Source: an uncultured delta proteobacterium (GTDB taxonomy: Bacteria > Desulfobacterota > Desulfobacteria > Desulfobacterales > JAFDCJ01). From it: a stretch of DNA of 64,000 nucleotides. The notes beneath the pieces were generated by a model. It was given only the letters and a program-made list of their open reading frames with translations. It was not told the origin of the DNA and made no database searches. Made by a program: the position numbers and the translations under genes. Shown here piece by piece: positions 58,544 to 64,000 of this stretch. Positions within the stretch are counted from its first letter, which is position 1; each line of letters opens with the position of its first letter. The stretch lies in assembly GCA_963769935.1 (NCBI GenBank), contig CAVYNY010000004.1:37301-101300 (forward strand), in the 5' to 3' direction.

Positions 58544-58785
58544 ACAATTTCCCTTTCAGGCCGACAGTATGACTTCGATTTTTAAAAGGACAATTCGATC
58601 TTCAGATGTCTTTTTGATCCATCGTTGTTTGAATAAGGAAATTAATCCGGCCGGGCAACACTGGCGTTCTCACCAGTTTCAATTACACCATTATGTCCAA
58701 TGCAAACCCAGTTTTGCTATTTTTCAGGGCGGACTAATTAGACTATAACTTACGCCTGCAATTATGGCAAGATGAAAGAAAATTT

Positions 58786-58816
58786 AAAAGCCCTGAATAT
58801 GCTGTTTTTCAGGGCG
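58786..58816 (-). terminator. Probable intrinsic terminator
   Basis: GCCCTGAA...TTCAGGGC hairpin with an A4 tail on the plus strand, just after the stop of the 58819 gene. Confidence 0.55.
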
Positions 58817-58818
58817 GA

Positions 58819-59382
58819 TTAATTAGTTTTGACTATTTCATTCCAGATTTTTTCAGTATCTTTTAGCGGGATGTCATTGACGTCGAACATGGGTTTATCG
58901 GATTCAGGGATATATTCGTCGAGGATCTCATTTATCCGGCTGATGAGCCTGTCGGTTTCCAGGTCATTCAATGTTTTGATCATCATCAGGTCGTCTTCAG
59001 CCTGCTGAAAGAAAAAAGTCAGCGTTATTTGTCCATTTTCGAAATATTCGATTCTTTCATTCAATCGGGTAATATAACCGAACAGCTGCTGAATCAATTT
59101 GAGATTATAATCAATTCGGGAATTCTGGATCGCCATTTGGTATGACTGGAATTTAAATTGCCTGTTTTGGGTATTTATTTCATTTTGGAGTTCGATGACG
59201 TTTTGCTCCATGCGATTTCTTTTTTCGGCGGCTAAGGCGATTTTGCCGGTCAGATTTTGCTGCAAGGAAGAAATTTCAGCCATTTTTCGGTTGAGTTCCG
59301 TTGTTTTAAGTCCATTGGCGCCCATGGCCCAGGAAAGCCAGAGCAGACACCCCAGCATGCTGTATACGAAAGATTTTTTCAT
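58819..59382 (-). CDS. Secreted helical hypothetical protein, paralog of the middle domain of the upstream protein
   Basis: Signal peptide MKKSFVYSMLGCLLWLSWAMGA; ungapped alignment to residues ~253-403 of the 59434 ORF. Confidence 0.75.
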   Translation of the reverse strand: MKKSFVYSMLGCLLWLSWAMGANGLKTTELNRKMAEISSLQQNLTGKIALAAEKRNRMEQNVIELQNEINTQNRQFKFQSYQMAIQNSRIDYNLKLIQQLFGYITRLNERIEYFENGQITLTFFFQQAEDDLMMIKTLNDLETDRLISRINEILDEYIPESDKPMFDVNDIPLKDTEKIWNEIVKTN

Positions 59383-59433
59383 TTTAAGTTTCCTCAAATA
59401 ATACACCTGAAACCTTTTGCTGCCCAGCCGCTG

Positions 59434-61173
59434 CTATCGCAATTGGGACACCATTATACGGCCCATTTCTTTTCTGATATCATCCGACACAAACAGTTTG
59501 CCGCCGGTGGTTTCCCATAAAGCCAGATACTTCAGGGTTTTTTGGTCGGCATCGGTTTTATTATATTTTAGACCCATAAGTTCGAGTTGTTGTCCCTCCC
59601 ATTTCAACAGATACTCCGCCAGTTCCGGCTGAAACTCGGCCAGCCCGTTGAGGGATATCCAGTTTCCCCCCCATTTAAATAAATATTTGGCGACAGCCGG
59701 GGATAGCTCTTTAACACCGTTTAAGCAGATCCAGTTGCCCCGCCACTGAAATAATTCCTTGCCTGCATCCGGCAGGAGTTGGGTCACGGCATTCAAAAAG
59801 AGATCGGATCCTTGCATACGGGACAGGCACCTGGCTGTGTCGGGCGAAATTCTGGTGAGTTCGGCCATGCGTCCAAGGTTGCCGGTGCAGATTTCGGCTG
59901 CAATTTGATCATCATTTGTATTCGATGAAATTTGCTCGCTAGTGCTTTTTTTGCCTTTCTGAATACTTGCCTGCTGCCAGATTATTTCAAGAGGCGCTAA
60001 TTTATCTTCCTGAAGACTAACGGCAAGTTTGTCGGCATTCGGTCGATACTGGTTCACGGCGGCGCTGATGTGGCGTTGATGCATGTTCATATCGATGCCG
60101 CCGGCGATATCAATCAATTCCAGATCCAGCTGGGCTTTGCGGGTCAGGTATAACAGCTCTTCGCTGCCGCTGTCGATCCACAGGATCGGTTTATCAAGTT
60201 CCAGGATATAAGCCCGACGCCGCTGAATAGTTCTCAGGCTGAGTTCAATCCGCTTGTTTTTCAGGGCCTGTTCAAAGGAACTGATGCCTTCTTTCTGTGC
60301 TTCCTGGTTAATATTTTCCCCCAGTTCGGTAATGCCGTTGCGATAATATAATTTCAGCTTTTCGATTTCTTCTCTTTTCTCCAGCAGTTGATTGCGCAGG
60401 TTGGTTGCTTCTTCAAGCTTGGCCGTCAGATTGTCATGCGGGCTCGGCGGGGGGGAAGCCTTGACAATTTGCGCGGGGGCGGGTTGCGCAGGCTGAACGG
60501 CCTCAGGCACCGGAGTCGGTACGGGCTCGGAAACTTTTTTTAACCCAATCAAGGCGGAACTGTTATAAAAAATAAATCCGGCGACAATCAGCACGATCAG
60601 GACAAAACCGATCATTTTGTTTGTCATTGACGGACGGTTTGCAGCGCCCGGTGTTCCGGATTTTTCAGCCGGTTTATTTGATGGTTCCTTCTGTTTGCTT
60701 TTAACCGGCGGAGTTTCGGTTTTGGATTTTTCGGCGGCAGCCTTTTCAGGCTTGCTGTCATCCGGTTTTTGTGAAGAAATTACCCGGGGTCTAATTTTTT
60801 TGTCTTCCGAAGGCACAAGATTCAATTCATCTTCACTCAAAGCCACGAAGTCATTTTCCAGATTTTGAGCGGAACCCTCGGTCTGCAATTTTTCCTGGGG
60901 CTCCGGATCCTTGGCGGATAAATCCGTGTCGGGCAGTGCTTCAGGCCCCTGATCGACTTTATTGGCATCCGTCATATTTCCGCCAGTTATGATTTCTGAG
61001 TCATCTGCCGCCGCAGGGTCTTGCCCGTCCTTTTCTACCCCTTCGGCATCCCCATCATCTCCAACCGGATTATCGTCTCCTTCCGGCAGTTCATCTGCCG
61101 GATCGTTCAATTCCGGTACCTCATTGGTAACTGAGCCATCGTCTTCAAAGTCGAATTCCTGACCCTTTGCCAT
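59434..61173 (-). CDS. Bitopic membrane protein: acidic disordered N-terminus, TM helix, Pro linker, helical domain, 24-aa LRR-like repeats
   Basis: D/E-rich first ~120 aa, TM MIGFVLIVLIVAGFIFY, repeats of the type ICLNGVKELSPAVAKYLFKWGGNW. Confidence 0.75.
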   Translation of the reverse strand: MAKGQEFDFEDDGSVTNEVPELNDPADELPEGDDNPVGDDGDAEGVEKDGQDPAAADDSEIITGGNMTDANKVDQGPEALPDTDLSAKDPEPQEKLQTEGSAQNLENDFVALSEDELNLVPSEDKKIRPRVISSQKPDDSKPEKAAAEKSKTETPPVKSKQKEPSNKPAEKSGTPGAANRPSMTNKMIGFVLIVLIVAGFIFYNSSALIGLKKVSEPVPTPVPEAVQPAQPAPAQIVKASPPPSPHDNLTAKLEEATNLRNQLLEKREEIEKLKLYYRNGITELGENINQEAQKEGISSFEQALKNKRIELSLRTIQRRRAYILELDKPILWIDSGSEELLYLTRKAQLDLELIDIAGGIDMNMHQRHISAAVNQYRPNADKLAVSLQEDKLAPLEIIWQQASIQKGKKSTSEQISSNTNDDQIAAEICTGNLGRMAELTRISPDTARCLSRMQGSDLFLNAVTQLLPDAGKELFQWRGNWICLNGVKELSPAVAKYLFKWGGNWISLNGLAEFQPELAEYLLKWEGQQLELMGLKYNKTDADQKTLKYLALWETTGGKLFVSDDIRKEMGRIMVSQLR

Positions 61174-61466
61174 TTGCACCACCAACTTTCAAGTTATCGA
61201 TTCTGGATCTTAAGGTCTCCCAACAACCATTCGAGCGACTGCCGGTATGCGTCCGGATCCTGCCGCCACTGATTCCAGGCAGCGGTTCCCTTTTTAATCA
61301 CTCCAAAATGTTCCGGATTAGCCATATCATTTCTCCCAGTATGATATTTCGGCAGTTTTATGATCTGCTTTAGAATCTATTTATTATAGCATTGAAAACC
61401 TGGTCCTGTGGGACAGGTCAGAGAAGATTGGCTGTGCCGTTACATAATTCGTGGAATGATTGAATA

Positions 61467-61706
61467 CTGGTAAGAAATACCTTAACCAAAGAAATGATCG
61501 AAGCGGGCAAAGAACTTATTGCTCATCTTGATATTGCAGGATTGAAAATTAATACGGCGATGTGGTTGTTGAATCCTGAATCAGAGACCTGGAAACTAAT
61601 AGTCGTCTCTCCTGAAGCAAAAAAAATAGGCCCTACAAAGGTTTATGAAAAAATTGGAATTGTAATTTCTAAAATGCCCTCTGAAAAAAGAATCCATATA
61701 AACTAA
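61467..61706 (+). pseudogene. Truncated low-GC hypothetical gene remnant next to the att site
   Basis: AT-rich; VRNTLTKEMIEAG...WKLIVVSP..GP..VY; ends abruptly at the tRNA-downstream hairpin. Confidence 0.45.
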
Positions 61707-61756
61707 GAAGTCGCAAAAATGGGCTAAGATACCATCTCTTAACCCATTGATTCAAT

Positions 61757-61818
61757 TGGTGCCCGGGGCCGGAATTGAACCGGCACGGTGCTAAGCACCG
61801 AGGGATTTTAAGTCCCTT
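61757..61818 (-). other. 3' fragment of tRNA-Leu(UAA): att site of an integrated element
   Basis: Minus strand GGGACTTAAAATCCCTCGGTGCTTAGCACCGTGCCGGTTCAATTCCGGCCCCGGGCACCA; acceptor 5' strand and D arm missing. Confidence 0.88.
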
Positions 61819-61858
61819 AAATATACTTTCCCGTACTTTCCCATAATATCCCATCTAT

Positions 61859-61887
61859 TTGACATTACAGCATATTTATAATACAAT
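61859..61887 (+). promoter_or_regulatory. Sigma70-type promoter for the integrase
   Basis: TTGACA-17 bp-TACAAT, followed by GGAGG SD and ATG at 61957. Confidence 0.65.
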
Positions 61888-62440
61888 ATTTCCCATAACA
61901 TCCCGTCATTTCCTGTAAAATGTGGGGCTATTGTGGGGCAAATTTGGAGGAGCTATATGGCAGCAAAAAAATTTTCTACTCAATTTCCAGGAGTTCGATA
62001 TCGGGAGCACAAATCCAGAATACATAACCGTAAGTTAGACCGATATTTTTTTATTCGGTACAGAATTGATGGAAAATTAAAAGAAGAGGCAATTGGGTGG
62101 GCAAGTGAGGGATGGAATGCAACAAGAGCCTCTGGCATCCTTTCAGAATTGAGAGAAGCTCATCGGACCGGTGATGGCCCTCAAACACTCGAAGAAAAAA
62201 GACGGCTTGAAAACGAAAAACGTGAGGCTGAAATCTTCGAGAAAAAACGTAAAGAAAAAGACCAACTCACCTTTGGTAACTACTTTGACAAAACATATTT
62301 TCCTACTGCAACAGCAAATAAAAAAGAGTGGAGTTGGAAACGTGAAAAAAGTGAAGTGACCCCATCCGATTGCACAAAAAATTATAGAGTGTTAAGACTG
62401 GGTCGTCGCCTCCCCGAAGGGGAGGAGAAAGGACCCTATC

Positions 62441-62788
62441 ATGAGACGCAGACGCTTCACTCAGGATTTCAAAAGATCGATAGTTGAGCAGCTGCTCAGT
62501 GAAACGGCCGGCCCTGCAGAACTGTGCCGGCGCTACAACATTTCCTCCGGTCAGCTGTATACTTGGAAACGACAGTATGCCGACGGCAAGCTGGATCCGG
62601 AACCTTCCCGGGAAGCCGAACTGGAAGCTCGGGTCCGGGAACTTGAACGACTGTTGGGTAAGGTTACCCTGGAAAATGAATTTTTAAAAAAAGCCGTACG
62701 CAACAGCCTCAAACAAACTCAGAAAAAAGAAAGTTCATTGCCGAAAACCGCCCCCTCATCGAAAACATTGAAAGGGGGTGTGAACTGA
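62441..62788 (+). CDS. IS3 transposase OrfA (HTH)
   Basis: RRFTQDFK, LCRRYNI, LYTWKRQY, ENEFLKKA; slippery TTTTTAAAAAAAG at 62681-62693. Confidence 0.9.
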   Translation: MRRRRFTQDFKRSIVEQLLSETAGPAELCRRYNISSGQLYTWKRQYADGKLDPEPSREAELEARVRELERLLGKVTLENEFLKKAVRNSLKQTQKKESSLPKTAPSSKTLKGGVN

Positions 62789-63606
62789 TGAATCTTCCCC
62801 GACGCAGTTACTACTATAAGCCGAAGAAAAAACCTTCTGACAAAGCGCTGCTTGAGCGTATAGAGCAAATTTGCCTGGACTTTCCCAAGTATGGATACCG
62901 CCGGGTGACCGAACAAATCAAGCGCGAAGGCTGGCTGGTCAATCACAAGAAAGTTCACCGCATCATGTGCGAGAAACAATGGCTTTGCCGACCCCAAAAG
63001 AAAAAGTGGGTTTGTACCACAGATAGCAACCACAAGCTGCCGGTGTTCCCGAATCTGATCAAAGATTTAACTTTAGACGGGATCAACCAGCTGTGGGTGG
63101 CCGATATCACTTACATCCATATCCTGGTATGCTTTATTTACTTGGCGGTGATCTTGGATGTCTATTCCCGCAAAGCGATCGGCTATGCGATCTCACGCAA
63201 CATCGATACGCAGCTGACATTGGACGCCTTGCGCATGGCCATCGTCAACCGGAATCCACCGTGGGGATGTATTCATCATTCGGATCGCGGCGTGCAGTAT
63301 GCATCCGCCGATTATGTAAAAGAGCTTAAGTTCTATGGGTTTCAAATCAGCATGAGCCGTAAAGGCAACCCCTATGATAATGCCTTTGCTGAAAGTTTTA
63401 TGAAAACCTTAAAATCCGAGGAAGTCCATCTTTGGGAATACCGCACCATGGAAGATGTCCAAAAACGGATTCCCTATTTTATCGAAGATGTGTATAATCA
63501 TAAGCGGCTTCATTCCGCTATTGGTTACCGTCCTCCTTGCGAATTTGAAATGATGCTTGAATTAACCCCAGAGCCCGGTCAAAACACTCTGATCACATTG
63601 CTGTGA
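62788..63606 (+). CDS. IS3 transposase OrfB (DDE)
   Basis: YGYRR, NHKKV, WVADITY, HHSDRGVQY, DNAFAESF, YNHKRLHS; the -1 frame is open from 62680. Confidence 0.93.
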   Translation: MNLPRRSYYYKPKKKPSDKALLERIEQICLDFPKYGYRRVTEQIKREGWLVNHKKVHRIMCEKQWLCRPQKKKWVCTTDSNHKLPVFPNLIKDLTLDGINQLWVADITYIHILVCFIYLAVILDVYSRKAIGYAISRNIDTQLTLDALRMAIVNRNPPWGCIHHSDRGVQYASADYVKELKFYGFQISMSRKGNPYDNAFAESFMKTLKSEEVHLWEYRTMEDVQKRIPYFIEDVYNHKRLHSAIGYRPPCEFEMMLELTPEPGQNTLITLL

Positions 63607-64000
63607 TCTGTGCAGTTTTAGGGGTTCATTCCAAAGCCTGTTTAATCTATGGATTTCTCCCGTAATCGGAAAAATGCCCTGCTAAAAGATATCAAGCCTC
63701 TACACTTGGAACAATTAAGAAAAACATGATGGATGCTGATAAGGCTCCTCGAACCGTAGATTATCCTTGCTGTTGTTAGACAAGTATTTAATTCTGCAAA
63801 ACGGAATAGTTTTTTCCATGGTAATTCACCGATTGTGGGAGTTAGGCCACTTAAATTTGATAACAAAAGGTACCGATTTTTACCCATTCTGAAGCTGATA
63901 AATTAATCAGTGTGCTCCAAAGTAAGAATCAACAGCTCTATGAAATGGCAATGTTGAGCCTTCATTGTGGCCTAAGAGCTGATGAGGTTTTTTCACTCAT

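Larger units (their letters stand above)
62352..63633 (+). mobile_element. IS3-family insertion sequence, 1282 bp, 3-bp TSD (AAG)
   Basis: IRL TGAAGTGACCCCATCCGATTGCACA; IRR reverse complement TGGAATGAACCCCTAAAACTGCACA; AAG at 62349-62351 and 63634-63636. Confidence 0.93.
61957..64000 (+). pseudogene. Tyrosine integrase interrupted by IS3 and frameshifted; runs off the window
   Basis: Arm-binding N-terminus (PGVRYREH...FIRY...EEAIGW). After IS removal the frame continues REKSLFNLWISP; later DNKRYRFL and HCGLRADEVFSL (catalytic Arg box). Confidence 0.85.

Noticed and set aside
61757..61818. Functional tRNA-Leu gene
   Set aside because: The 5' acceptor strand and D arm are replaced by unrelated AT-rich sequence; it is an att remnant.
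62352..62487. C-terminus of the 184-aa ORF 61933-62487 as a real protein end
   Set aside because: It is read-through from the broken integrase into the IS left end.

Overview
Core-chromosome segment of a sulfate-reducing Desulfobacterota (Desulfobacterales-like) bacterium; the taxon is inferred from gene content and protein style. In order: mdh, uvrC/uvrB/ispF, a domain-swapped ADP-forming acyl-CoA synthetase and a FabH-like gene. Next is recD-recB-[FlhB-like, FliK-like, FHA]-recC, then a ~21 kb anaerobic cobalamin synthesis/salvage/remodelling cluster (btuCDF, cbiA/C/L, a Gate-domain membrane protein, cbiD/ET/F/G/H, cobO, cbiP, cobU/S/D, cbiB, cbiR). That cluster and the divergent cobT are controlled by two back-to-back cobalamin riboswitches. 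Then come ihf, manA, PP2C plus a double-FHA protein, a GT4 + HAD pair, a DUF1998 helicase-exonuclease fusion, efp, an atypical TrpF-like gene, guaA, larB and an uncharacterised envelope gene trio. The window ends at the edge of an island integrated in tRNA-Leu, whose tyrosine integrase is split by an IS3 element. Several genes carry homopolymer frameshifts that look like long-read errors. The most striking non-gene signal is that most intergenic spacers (about 20), including junctions inside the cob operon, hold inverted-arm 7-9 bp periodic repeat elements. Some of these carry nested REP-like and 16-36 bp palindromic micro-insertions, and some are translated as parts of neighbouring proteins.
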